A DNA stretch of 64,000 nucleotides from a virus (IMGVR_UViG_3300042009_000026:1-64000); one strand, 5' to 3'; numbered from the stretch's first letter, positions 49,049 to 58,215 are shown. The notes: generated by a model not told the origin, from the sequence alone. A program made the numbers and translations.

Positions 49049-49072
49049 GTCCACCTTCGGGTGGACTTTATG
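49049..49072 (+). promoter_or_regulatory. Hairpin GTCCACC-TTCG-GGTGGAC + TTTATGCCG
   Basis: Hairpin family. Confidence 0.5.
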
Positions 49073-49089
49073 CCGCTTTAGGAAATATA

Positions 49090-49265
49090 TGTCTTATATC
49101 AAATACGTCTGGCTGTTTGTGTTAGTGCAGTTGTTGTTTGGTGGTCTTGAATTGCGTTACGGGTTGAAGTTTGCAGATATGGACAGCTTTAACTATTGGG
49201 CTGGTACGGGCTGTATCTTCATGTTCGTATCTGGATTTGCTTGGTTGTTGGAGCCTAAGAAATGA
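49090..49265 (+). CDS. small membrane protein
   Basis: MSYIKYVWLFVLVQLLFGG. Confidence 0.4.
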
Positions 49266-49957
49266 CGTATGTTATTTACGATGGGAAAACTCTCATCGCT
49301 GATAAGCTCCTCAAGCAGTCTGTCGGTACGTACATGTGTACTCGTCGGGAACCTGATGAAGAAGGCTTCTATCGCCCTCATGGGTCGAGCAAAGCGGTAC
49401 CTGTCTACTATCGTGACGCATGCAAGATCATTCCTTTGCGTAATGGAAAGTTCTTGGGTAAAAAGATTAAGGTTCTAGCTGTCGCTGGTACGATCACCAA
49501 CTTAGAAGAGATGCTGAGTGCTCTGGAAGCTGGCTGCGATCTTGACGCCTACATGACCGTAGATGTGAACATTCAACCGGTCAGTGCTCGACGTATGTTC
49601 AGTGGTAAGACATCCATTATGGTTATCACTGACGATAACGTAGGGGCGATCTTTACGGCTCATGGTCGCAACATTAATAGGCACGATGAACTGCCATTGC
49701 ACATGGGTTGTGGTACGGATGTAGTCAATGGGGTTAACTACCACCTGAAAGAGAACATGACTGCATTGGAAGCCCACACAATGGCATCCACCCATGATCG
49801 TCAAGTTAGTCTGGAGTTCGACTACTATATTCCCGCTACGGGTAAACTGGTTCGTGATCAACTACTGACTACTCGTCAACGCGAAAGCATCTTGAAGAAG
49901 ATCCAGAGTCGGGTCAATGTGGTGGATGAGCCAATCGCTCGCACCTATATCAACTAA
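49262..49957 (+). CDS. hypothetical protein (231 aa); weak resemblance to Ntn-hydrolase/HslV-like N-terminus (Thr2)
   Basis: MTYVIYDGKTLIADKLL... Thr after initiator Met, G-rich loops; speculative. Confidence 0.5.
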   Translation: MTYVIYDGKTLIADKLLKQSVGTYMCTRREPDEEGFYRPHGSSKAVPVYYRDACKIIPLRNGKFLGKKIKVLAVAGTITNLEEMLSALEAGCDLDAYMTVDVNIQPVSARRMFSGKTSIMVITDDNVGAIFTAHGRNINRHDELPLHMGCGTDVVNGVNYHLKENMTALEAHTMASTHDRQVSLEFDYYIPATGKLVRDQLLTTRQRESILKKIQSRVNVVDEPIARTYIN

Positions 49958-50097
49958 CAAGGATGTCACATGCATAACCCAGTACAAGACAGGATGAAGC
50001 GTCGTCAGAATGCAATGCGGCTTGACACCGTCCAACGTTACGTAATGAAAGCATTCATCACAATCGTGGTGGTAATAGGACTTGTGGAATTGATAAC

Positions 50098-50370
50098 ATG
50101 AATACGGCAATACCTGGTTGGATAGCACTAGGCTTATTCGTTACTTGGTTAACCTGTCACATCTTGGCATTCTATCTCGCACTCAAAAGAACAGAGGCGA
50201 TGAATATTGACGATTGGCAATGTGGCGATAAAAGAGAATTTGTTAAGCAGCTTTTCTTCCACCACAATGATGCTATCCTAGCGGTGTGGTGGTTTAAAGC
50301 GATTCGAGCTATTGGTATCTACGGAAGCATTTCGTTCTTCTTTTTGTGGCTGCACTACGCTTCACTGTAA
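50098..50370 (+). CDS. membrane protein (90 aa)
   Basis: Two TM helices. Confidence 0.45.
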   Translation: MNTAIPGWIALGLFVTWLTCHILAFYLALKRTEAMNIDDWQCGDKREFVKQLFFHHNDAILAVWWFKAIRAIGIYGSISFFFLWLHYASL

Positions 50371-50371
50371 A

Positions 50372-50396
50372 CAATCTCAGATCTATATTACTGTTG
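50372..50396 (+). promoter_or_regulatory. Promoter-like motif A copy 4 (AATCTCAGATCTATATTACTGTTGG)
   Basis: Sequence identity with copies 1-3. Confidence 0.5.
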
Positions 50397-50606
50397 GGCA
50401 TATACCCCCAATAAAAGAAAAGGTAACTACAATGTTGAATCAAGCCGATATGTATACCCTCGAAATTAAAGACCTGAACGGCACTGAGGTAACTACTGTT
50501 ACTAAAGCCGGTTGGGAACTGAATGGCGAATACGATTTCTTGATCGTAGGCCAGACCGTGCGCGATTGGCGCATGTATATTGTGACACCCATGTTCGGAG
50601 CATAAA

Positions 50607-51123
50607 AATGTCGAAGCTAAAGCAGCTGTCCAAGCAGTATGCCGATGAAGACAAATCAATCCCCGTTGAATACTATTCCCCCACGGGCACTTTGTTACGG
50701 GGAGCAATTCAGCGCATCGATGATGATGTTGCCATCGTTGTATCGCGTGAAGCAACAGCCCCTATCCGTGTGAAGATTAATGTCACTGGAATGGCGGGAG
50801 TAGCTAATCCCCAAGAATGGTGTCTTACCCGTGATGCACGCGATCGTTATTGTGCCATCGGGGAAAATGGGGGCGATGAATTACGCCAAGCACGTTTGGT
50901 ACTGCTTACGAATGCGTTTGAGAAAATCAAACAACATGCCGATGATGTACATTATCACTTCATCGAGAAGTGGCCAGGCTTGTTTGCTTCAGATATTGCT
51001 GGCTTCGTATCGTTCAACATAAATACTACGGATGTTCCAATCTCGGGCTTCCTAGTATTTTTGGATGGACGAATGCGTTTCATCCACACTCTGCCTATCG
51101 CTGTTCAACTTCGAGTAGTATAA
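50607..51123 (+). CDS. hypothetical protein (172 aa), last plus-strand gene
   Basis: ATG 50607. Confidence 0.5.
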
Positions 51124-51137
51124 CAACACGGCATAAA

Positions 51138-51178
51138 GGCTACCCTTCGGGGTAGCCAATATACCTTATTTTTTTTTT
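51138..51178. terminator. Bidirectional intrinsic terminator at strand-switch (GGCTACCC-TTCG-GGGTAGCC flanked by A/T tracts)
   Basis: T11 downstream on plus strand; hairpin also directly follows stop (51180) of minus-strand 603-aa gene. Confidence 0.8.
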
Positions 51179-51179
51179 G

Positions 51180-52991
51180 TTAGAACTCGAAGGAATCAAT
51201 CCAACGAGCAATTGCGGTATCAGACTGAGCTTTGTACTTGATGTATTTCAAGAACAGTTCTTCCAACCGTGGATGCTCACGTACAACCATCAAGCCACCA
51301 CGAGTTACTTTGAGATAATCTTCCACCCCAATGACGATAGTCGGATCATCCAATTGCTTAGCGAGTTCTTCCAGACGGTCGATGTTCTGGAATGCACACC
51401 AGCAATCTTCGATCTCGTTGTAGATCGCTTTAGGGATACTACCTTGAGAAATGTTCCACAGACTGAATGGACCATCAATACGACGTTTGAGTGGAACAGT
51501 ACCATCACCGAACTCATTCAACCAACGTTTATTGTTTTCGAACAGTTCCAATGCATATTCTACAGCCGTAGGCAAATGGGCAGACAACAGATTTTCTAGT
51601 GCTGTGTAATCAGGCATTTGTAGAGGATAGAAACCTTCACCCACGAACGATTCAGGATCGAATCCTTCTACCTTAGTATCAGCATGCAGCACTGCTACCA
51701 TATTACCTTCACCCGTATCCTTCACGAAAACGTAAGCATTCTTACGGTTCTCTGGATTAGCTAGAGTAGGCTTTTCTTCAATAGTTACCATACCTGTGGA
51801 ATCTTGCCCATTGTCGTTATATGCTTCTTGGATGATAGCAATAGTAGTGCTTGGATCTGGATCATCCTTATCGATGTCAATATGGATAACTTTCTTTTCT
51901 TCCGGTACTTTTGCTAGCTTAGCAATCGCATCTGTCAGGATGAGATCTGGAGTGACATCTACGTTCAGGTCAGCTTTAGGATAGGCCGAACGGAAGTAGC
52001 CAATTGTGGTCAGAGGCGATAAGTCACTATTGTCTACTTTCAGATTGATTGTCATCTTACCAGTAGGTTCATCATCGTTATAGCTGCATGCGGCATCGCA
52101 ATCATCACCAAGGTCAATACCCCATTCATCCGGGTCTACCTCACCACCGTTTAGATCGGTATCTGGGATTTCTGGATCAGTCAGAGCACTTACGCGATCG
52201 GTATGGTAACGAGATTCAACACCAGTAATGTGGATCACGCTGTGCAGCAGTGAAGGCAGTGCCAAGTTACGTTGTGCATCTGACAAAGTAGTATCAGCGA
52301 TATTTAGTTTGGTTTCATAACGACCACTACCACCCAGTATGTGATCTAGATGACGTGCCAATGCCTCGGCACCTGAGTTACTATCGAAGCCTGTCACGGT
52401 TACATGGATCGTATTGACTCCAGGATCGTCGGCAGATGTATCAGGCAATACAACCTCTTTCGATGTTCGTGCCAGGATGTCTTTGTACTCGGCCATCTCG
52501 GTAACATCCACTTGGAACAGATGTGCTAGTACACGAGCAGCAGCTTTATTCGCTTGGCCATGCTCTATACCAGAATCCATGATAGGGCATGCGGTATTGC
52601 AAACCCATGACCACAAGTAACCAGGATCGGTAGCCATCGCAGTTTTCAGTGTATCGAAAGCTTTGGCGATATCATTCTTTTCTTGTACTGGTTCTTCGGC
52701 TTTCTCCAGAGTTGCTTCTTCTGGATAATCAACTTCTACGAAGCCACCAGCACTATGCCATTTCACGTAGTAATGAACATCTTCAAAATCGATGAACATG
52801 ATGTACTTGTCATCACCTTCATGTTTACCAGCAGTAGTGACTTCTGGCCAATACTTTTTCAGCTTTTCTTCAGTGCCACGAACTACCTTCAACGAATACA
52901 TACCTGGTTCAACAATAGCCGACCAATGAATACCGAGTTCTTTGATAGTGTCGCGAATTAGATCTATACGTAGTACGACTGTTTGTTCCAT
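51180..52991 (-). CDS. hypothetical protein (603 aa, acidic)
   Basis: Long minus ORF. Confidence 0.6.
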   Translation of the reverse strand: MEQTVVLRIDLIRDTIKELGIHWSAIVEPGMYSLKVVRGTEEKLKKYWPEVTTAGKHEGDDKYIMFIDFEDVHYYVKWHSAGGFVEVDYPEEATLEKAEEPVQEKNDIAKAFDTLKTAMATDPGYLWSWVCNTACPIMDSGIEHGQANKAAARVLAHLFQVDVTEMAEYKDILARTSKEVVLPDTSADDPGVNTIHVTVTGFDSNSGAEALARHLDHILGGSGRYETKLNIADTTLSDAQRNLALPSLLHSVIHITGVESRYHTDRVSALTDPEIPDTDLNGGEVDPDEWGIDLGDDCDAACSYNDDEPTGKMTINLKVDNSDLSPLTTIGYFRSAYPKADLNVDVTPDLILTDAIAKLAKVPEEKKVIHIDIDKDDPDPSTTIAIIQEAYNDNGQDSTGMVTIEEKPTLANPENRKNAYVFVKDTGEGNMVAVLHADTKVEGFDPESFVGEGFYPLQMPDYTALENLLSAHLPTAVEYALELFENNKRWLNEFGDGTVPLKRRIDGPFSLWNISQGSIPKAIYNEIEDCWCAFQNIDRLEELAKQLDDPTIVIGVEDYLKVTRGGLMVVREHPRLEELFLKYIKYKAQSDTAIARWIDSFEF

Positions 52992-53000
52992 GGGATCACC

Positions 53001-53411
53001 TTAAAGGGCTTGATAAGAACCATCGGCCATTTTGGCAACGCCGATGTTAGAATGTTGTTCGATTGGAGTTTCGGTAACTTTAGTTACCATCTGTTTGGTA
53101 CCGTCATTGAGACTAACCAACAATGTACAGTTGTAGACTTTGCTGCCAGAGGCGCCGTATGCAGCCCCACCAAGCGCACCACCGATTGCACCTATTGAAC
53201 GACCCTTCTTGCCAAACAAACTACCTACAAGCGCACCACCGGCGCCCCCAAGGGCACCGCCTACCAATCCACCACTCATGGATTCGTTACGGGTAACCAA
53301 TACGCAATTAGCTGACTCTACGTAACCAGTAGTATTGTTTACGACTTGTGAAGCATGGGCAGGCAAGGTCATTGCCAACAACAGTGCTACAGCTGAAACA
53401 ATCTTTTTCAT
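53001..53411 (-). CDS. secreted glycine-zipper protein (Rick_17kDa_Anti/Gly-zipper-like)
   Basis: Signal peptide MKKIVSAVALLLAMTLPAHA; GGALGGAGGALVGSLFGKKGRSIGAIGGALGGAAYGASGS. Confidence 0.55.
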   Translation of the reverse strand: MKKIVSAVALLLAMTLPAHASQVVNNTTGYVESANCVLVTRNESMSGGLVGGALGGAGGALVGSLFGKKGRSIGAIGGALGGAAYGASGSKVYNCTLLVSLNDGTKQMVTKVTETPIEQHSNIGVAKMADGSYQAL

Positions 53412-54328
53412 ACAGGAGTAACCTCAGTTTTAGCGCGGTGCCCACGCAGGCGGATTTTAGTAACACCAGGGGCTTCTACCCAAACGGTTGCTACCATGTC
53501 TTCAGTACATTCGGCACGAACAGAATAATCATCAGCAGGGAATTCTTCTCCGAGTTGCTTCAATACCGCAATGCGGATATTCTTTGCGAACTCCTCAGCA
53601 GAACGATCTTGTTCATGTTCTAGGAATGCATTGGTAAAAGCACGGTTAACTGCCGCTGTTAGCGCTAGTGTCTTTTCAGCGCGCCCACGTTGTGCTGGGG
53701 TAATAGATGCAGGCTCGATGACTTCTGGTACGCTCGGTTGTAGGGGTTCGGTTTGTTCTTCGTAATTCTCGTAGGTAATTGTGTACTCATGAACTTGACC
53801 CATGCGAACATCTTCTACGTTAATACGGAACGATAGGTCTTTACCTATACCAGCGGTGACGGACACTTCGAAATCTTCTTCCAGTCCTTCGTAGTGTACG
53901 GCCAATGCTTTCTTGATGAGTTCTTCGCCACGCAGAATCATTTCATGCGTCGAGGGTGTAACTGCATCTATCAAATCTTTGAATGTCTTATCTGCAACTG
54001 TTTTCACGACTTCAGCAAATGCAGAGTCTTGTTTATTTCCAGAAGTAAGACGAAGTTCTGCATGAGCGGTTGACGTGTATTTAACACCATCGTGTTCGAT
54101 GATAGCGTTCACTTCGAATGTTGGCTTTACACCTTTCCAGCGAATGCAAGTACTGATACCTACATTCTTACCTGGATATTCTTTTTGCATTAATGCTTGG
54201 ACGTCATCCGCTACCTTTTCTCTGAGGGCATTGGCATCAGCCATGCGGTCTTCCTGAACACTTGTAACTACAGTATTCGTGAACTCTTGTAGGTTAGCAT
54301 CGAACAAAGTTGTTTCTAATCCACCCAT
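53408..54328 (-). CDS. hypothetical protein (306 aa) immediately downstream of RtcB; possible RtcB accessory factor
   Basis: Coupled to RtcB gene (TAA/ATG 54328-54332); no archease signature recognised. Confidence 0.5.
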   Translation of the reverse strand: MGGLETTLFDANLQEFTNTVVTSVQEDRMADANALREKVADDVQALMQKEYPGKNVGISTCIRWKGVKPTFEVNAIIEHDGVKYTSTAHAELRLTSGNKQDSAFAEVVKTVADKTFKDLIDAVTPSTHEMILRGEELIKKALAVHYEGLEEDFEVSVTAGIGKDLSFRINVEDVRMGQVHEYTITYENYEEQTEPLQPSVPEVIEPASITPAQRGRAEKTLALTAAVNRAFTNAFLEHEQDRSAEEFAKNIRIAVLKQLGEEFPADDYSVRAECTEDMVATVWVEAPGVTKIRLRGHRAKTEVTPV

Positions 54329-54331
54329 GAC

Positions 54332-55660
54332 TTAACCTTTTACGCAGAGAATTTGTTTGAGGGTATGGACAACGTCCACAAGTTCGGCTTGAGCTGACAT
54401 TACGTCATCGATGTTCTTGTAAGCCTTTGGTGTTTCATCGAGTACGCCAATATCTTTACGGCATTCCACACCAGCGGTATCACGGATGTGATCTTCCAGA
54501 GTGAACACTTTCTCAGCTTGAGTACGGGACATTACACGACCTGCTCCATGCGAACACGAGCAGAACGATTCACGTTGACCTTTACCACGAACGATGAAAG
54601 ACTTAGCGCCCATCGAACCAGGGATGATCCCGAGAGTACCTTTGTCGGCGTTTACTGCACCCTTACGCGTTACCAGGACGTTCTGACCGAAGTGACGTTC
54701 TTCTGATACGTAGTTGTGGTGACAGTTGATTGCAGACATGTCCGAATCGATTGGCAGACCCAAGGTCTTGTGGATAGCACCCAGAGTAGCATGCATCATG
54801 ATTGAGCGATTGAGTGCAGCAAACCGTTGTGCCCAGGACACTGCTTCGATGTAATCATTGTAATACACGGAACCTTCTGGTAGATAAGCAAGATCACCAT
54901 CTGGTAGGTGAATGAAGAAACGTTTCATTTCTTCTTTTGCTTTCGCGATGAAGTACGTACCGATGGCATTACCGATACCACGAGAACCGGAGTGCAACAT
55001 TACCCAAACCTGATCGGTTTCATCCAGACAGATTTCGATGAAGTGGTTCCCTGTACCGAGCGTACCTACGTGGTTCCATGCCCGAGCTGCTGCTTTCGAC
55101 AGCTTAGGATGACGCTCTACAATCGAGGACAAATGCTTACGTAGCTTCTCTGCTTCGTCACGGATCTCTTTGACCTGGTGATCGAATACGTTTACTTTAC
55201 CAAATGCACCACGGTCGTTAGGGCCACCGTTGTCAGTGCGGCCATGAGGCACTGAGGCTTCGATAGCGGCGCGCAAATGACCCAGAGACTCAGGTAGTGC
55301 TGTGGACTTAAAAGTAAGGCGCTGTGCAGCCATACCGCATCCGATATCAACACCTACTGCGGATGGAATGATCGCACCTTTGGTGGCAACCACAGAACCA
55401 ATGGTGGCACCTTTGCCCAAGTGTACATCAGGCATCACAGCGATGTGTGAGTAGATGAATGGAAGAGCGGCAATGTTCTTCAATTGCTGGATTGCTTCTT
55501 TTTCGACTGGTACGCCGACGGTCCAGCCTTTGATTGGTTTCGAACCTTCTTCTACGGTATCACCAATCAGTTCAAATGTTTTCTGTTTCATAAAAGCCTC
55601 ACGCGGATGGAAAGAGGAATTGTTACATACACTGACTTTGCCAGTATTATTAAACGGCAT
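54332..55660 (-). CDS. rtcB: RNA-splicing ligase RtcB (3'-phosphate/2',3'-cyclic phosphate RNA ligase)
   Basis: MHSGSRGIGNAIG (GTP-binding), metal-binding His/Cys-rich segments, CHHNY; 442 aa. Confidence 0.85.
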   Translation of the reverse strand: MPFNNTGKVSVCNNSSFHPREAFMKQKTFELIGDTVEEGSKPIKGWTVGVPVEKEAIQQLKNIAALPFIYSHIAVMPDVHLGKGATIGSVVATKGAIIPSAVGVDIGCGMAAQRLTFKSTALPESLGHLRAAIEASVPHGRTDNGGPNDRGAFGKVNVFDHQVKEIRDEAEKLRKHLSSIVERHPKLSKAAARAWNHVGTLGTGNHFIEICLDETDQVWVMLHSGSRGIGNAIGTYFIAKAKEEMKRFFIHLPDGDLAYLPEGSVYYNDYIEAVSWAQRFAALNRSIMMHATLGAIHKTLGLPIDSDMSAINCHHNYVSEERHFGQNVLVTRKGAVNADKGTLGIIPGSMGAKSFIVRGKGQRESFCSCSHGAGRVMSRTQAEKVFTLEDHIRDTAGVECRKDIGVLDETPKAYKNIDDVMSAQAELVDVVHTLKQILCVKG

Positions 55661-55662
55661 AA

Positions 55663-55682
55663 GAGTTCCCCGGAGGGAACTC
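55663..55682 (-). promoter_or_regulatory. Minus-strand GC hairpin GAGTTCCC-TCCG-GGGAACTC + TTATGCCG (same family, reverse orientation)
   Basis: Reverse complement reproduces hairpin+UUAUGCC consensus. Confidence 0.5.
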
Positions 55683-55703
55683 GAATACTTACAGGACTAC
55701 AGT

Positions 55704-56039
55704 TCATTCGCCTATATAAGCACGAAGGTCTTCAATTAGGTCTGTATCAGTATCACGTCGTTTTAACATTGCTGTTAGTTCTTCGTAAGTACATTCTTCA
55801 GGTTCCCATTGATCTTCTAATCCCATACAGGAGCAGTGCGATCCATGGACTTCATAATACTTATCACCTTTCGCGAAGAGTACGTATGCGTCGCCGCAAT
55901 AGTTCTCCCCATCGTCATTGTAATAAGCGTGAATGATTGTTACACCCTCCAAATCCTTTTCACAGATTCGGAAATCAGACATCATGCCTTCGATACCACT
56001 TTCGGACCATTCTTTGTAAAACATGTTTATACCTTTCAA
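55704..56039 (-). CDS. hypothetical protein (111 aa)
   Basis: ORF. Confidence 0.5.
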   Translation of the reverse strand: MKGINMFYKEWSESGIEGMMSDFRICEKDLEGVTIIHAYYNDDGENYCGDAYVLFAKGDKYYEVHGSHCSCMGLEDQWEPEECTYEELTAMLKRRDTDTDLIEDLRAYIGE

Positions 56040-56432
56040 GCGTTAATTACGAGCATCGTAATCTTTCAGTGCTTGAACGTATAGTCCTGTACATTATATC
56101 GACAGCAGTATTTCTTTATTTTGATAAGGCAGCATAAAGGAAAGCCGAAGCCCCCCTCAATACTTAAGTAATCTACAATACCAATGGCCGGCCTGCTCTA
56201 TCGCCCACCTATAGGGAGCGATCATTGGTAAATGTAGCGCCACGAATTCGTAGTATCCTTCCAGTCCTGATGGCTATGTCATACCGCATGGGACTGTCTA
56301 GATAGTTGAACGTATGACTCGGCATCAGAGAGATTGTCACATCCCTAAGTACCATTCGGGTTGAAGCTTGACAGGCTTCGTTTTGTAGGTGTCTTCCCCG
56401 TGTGTGTAGAAACCGCGCAACCTACACTCTGG

Positions 56433-56446
56433 TCGTATACTATTAC
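56433..56446 (-). promoter_or_regulatory. Motif B (TCGTATACTATTAC on plus; GTAATAGTATACGA on minus), copy 1 of 3; candidate minus-strand promoter
   Basis: Identical 14-mer at 60127 and 63742, each at the upstream (high-coordinate) side of a minus-strand transcription unit. Confidence 0.4.
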
Positions 56447-56461
56447 GGGGTCAGTATTTTA

Positions 56462-57382
56462 TTACTTCAAGAAAGTACCACAGCTAGCTTGAACATCTGT
56501 ACCCACACGTGGGATAACCTTCACTCGTGTCTCTGGCAAACGATTACGGATATAACCAGCCAGATAATGAATCTGTCCTTCCACTGTTTCTTTCGACCAG
56601 TGGCCTGCCGGTGGGTTATATCGAACGACGTTCCAGTTTACACGTAGACCTATTTCTTCTATTTCGTCAATGATCGCCTTAACGTCTCCTAAAGAATCGT
56701 TTTGGTCATTAATGAAAGCATAATGGATCTTTGGTGTTTTACCGGTAACCTCTTGCCAACGCTTGAGTTCATCCAAAGCAGTAATAGGTGAACTGGCTTT
56801 AGGTAGCCACTGTTTACGAAACTGTGGATTCATACTGTACGCCGAATAGTACAGCTCAGGATACACGTCTGAGTCAGTGAAGACATCAGTTAGACGAGTA
56901 TAGCCAAAGTCCTTAGGCCAGATGGTGGAGATCAAGAACTTTGCCTCAAGCCCCCATTCTGCAGCCATTCGTTTAAGACCCCTGAGGATCTCATCGGCAT
57001 TCTCGATGAAGTGTTTGTTAGCCAGTGGTTCGCCACGTGCCATGAAGTTAAAATGAACACGCTTAGCTGGACCGTGGACAGGATCATTGCGAATGACTTC
57101 GGTGTAATGATCGAATACTCGCTCAGCTTGTTCGAAGTATTCTTTCATGGTTACATCACGTGTATCTGTTTGGCCAGTGGCCGTCAGCCAACACATCCGG
57201 CAAGCTTGTTTACAGCCTGTTTGAGACGACAAATAAACAATGAAGTAATCTTCTACCCGTCTAACAAAACGTGCCTCTAGCATCCCTGCGTGATCTTCAA
57301 AGCGGTGTTCGAAGTTAACTGATTGGTCGAGTTGAGAAACGTGTTGCTTAAAGATGAGTTCTGGCATTACCGTACTCCGCAA
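56462..57382 (-). CDS. Radical SAM enzyme, RlmN/Cfr-like (RNA adenine C2/C8 methylating family), N-terminally truncated relative to RlmN
   Basis: SSQTGCKQACRMCWLTATG (CxxxCxxC), C-terminal ...TDVQASCGTFLK matching RlmN second Cys motif. Confidence 0.7.
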   Translation of the reverse strand: MRSTVMPELIFKQHVSQLDQSVNFEHRFEDHAGMLEARFVRRVEDYFIVYLSSQTGCKQACRMCWLTATGQTDTRDVTMKEYFEQAERVFDHYTEVIRNDPVHGPAKRVHFNFMARGEPLANKHFIENADEILRGLKRMAAEWGLEAKFLISTIWPKDFGYTRLTDVFTDSDVYPELYYSAYSMNPQFRKQWLPKASSPITALDELKRWQEVTGKTPKIHYAFINDQNDSLGDVKAIIDEIEEIGLRVNWNVVRYNPPAGHWSKETVEGQIHYLAGYIRNRLPETRVKVIPRVGTDVQASCGTFLK

Positions 57383-57683
57383 TTTGGAAATCTCCTAAGT
57401 TAACAACAAAACCTTCGGAGGTAACTATTACTTCTGGTTTTACTTTGCTGTAAGGTCCATGCTGGTCACGCCAATATTCATGCAATGTTGCCTCCAACAT
57501 AGCAATGGTTTTGGCCCCCATTAATTCACCCCACTGTGAATCCAGTGCTTTTTCTATCTGGTATTGATAGCTTTTAATAATGTGGCGTGGTGGATTAGTT
57601 TCTGGTCCATGGTGTTCTTGTTTCATGAAAGCTAGGCGCGCATGACATGCTTCACGAAAAGCCTGTGTAGTTCTTTCGCTCAT
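57348..57683 (-). CDS. hypothetical protein (111 aa)
   Basis: ORF; overlaps rSAM start by 35 nt. Confidence 0.4.
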   Translation of the reverse strand: MSERTTQAFREACHARLAFMKQEHHGPETNPPRHIIKSYQYQIEKALDSQWGELMGAKTIAMLEATLHEYWRDQHGPYSKVKPEVIVTSEGFVVNLGDFQIAEYGNARTHL

Positions 57684-57716
57684 TTGTGTGTCCTATTGAT
57701 TGATTGCGGGCATAAA

Positions 57717-57736
57717 GGCTATCCCGAAGGATAACC
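57717..57736 (-). terminator. Minus-strand hairpin GGTTATCC-TTCG-GGATAGCC + TTTATGCCC after tRNA cluster
   Basis: Reverse complement matches family. Confidence 0.55.
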
Positions 57737-57762
57737 CAATGCGAGGGGCTCTAAGGCCAATA

Positions 57763-57840
57763 TGGTGCCGACATTCGGAATCGAACCGAAGACCTACCGC
57801 TTACAAGGCGGTTGCTCTGACCTAGCTGAGCTATGTCGGC
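57763..57840 (-). tRNA. tRNA-Thr (anticodon UGU), CCA encoded
   Basis: Manual cloverleaf: acceptor GCCGACA/UGUCGGC, loop CUUGUAA, T-loop UUCGAUU. Confidence 0.8.
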
Positions 57841-57841
57841 A

Positions 57842-57928
57842 TGGAGCTAAGAGAGGGATTTGAACCCCCGATGATCTTTCGAAACAGGATTTGCAATCCC
57901 GTGCATTCGTCCACTCTGCCATCTCAGC
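57842..57928 (-). tRNA. Type-II (long variable arm) tRNA with anticodon GCA (Cys codons) - atypical
   Basis: Manual fold: acceptor GCUGAGA, 3-bp D stem, anticodon stem CGGGA/UCCUG loop UUGCAAA, 15-nt variable arm, T-loop UUCAAAU, U73, CCA. Confidence 0.55.
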
Positions 57929-57935
57929 TTTAATT

Positions 57936-58023
57936 TGGCGGAAGCATAGAGATTCGAACTCTAGGGGCTGTTACACCCGACGGTTTTCAAGACCGTTGCC
58001 TTAAGCCACTCGGCCATGCTTCC
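57936..58023 (-). tRNA. tRNA-Ser (anticodon UGA), type II, CCA encoded
   Basis: Loop CUUGAAA, D-arm GCC-GAGUGGCUUAA-GGC, long variable arm, G73. Confidence 0.8.
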
Positions 58024-58038
58024 TGTGTTGCTTTTGTT

Positions 58039-58124
58039 TGGTGCGGACAGAGAGACTCGAACTCTCACGCCCTAAGGGCGCTGGAACCTAAATCCAGTGC
58101 GTCTACCAATTCCGCCATGTCCGC
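58039..58124 (-). tRNA. tRNA-Leu (anticodon UAG), type II
   Basis: Loop UUUAGGU, D-loop AAUUGGUAGAC, A73 CCA. Confidence 0.75.
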
Positions 58125-58130
58125 TGTGTA

Positions 58131-58215
58131 TGGTGCCCGAAGCGAGATTCGAACTCGCGATCCTGAAAGGCGGGAGATTTTAAGTCTCCAGTGTATGCCG
58201 CTCCACCATTCGGGC
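58131..58215 (-). tRNA. tRNA-Leu (anticodon UAA), type II
   Basis: Loop CUUAAAA, stem GGAGA/UCUCC, long variable arm, CCA. Confidence 0.7.

Noticed and set aside
53408-54328. Annotating the RtcB-adjacent 306-aa protein as archease
   Set aside because: Length (306 vs ~140 aa) and absence of recognisable archease N-terminal motif; left as hypothetical
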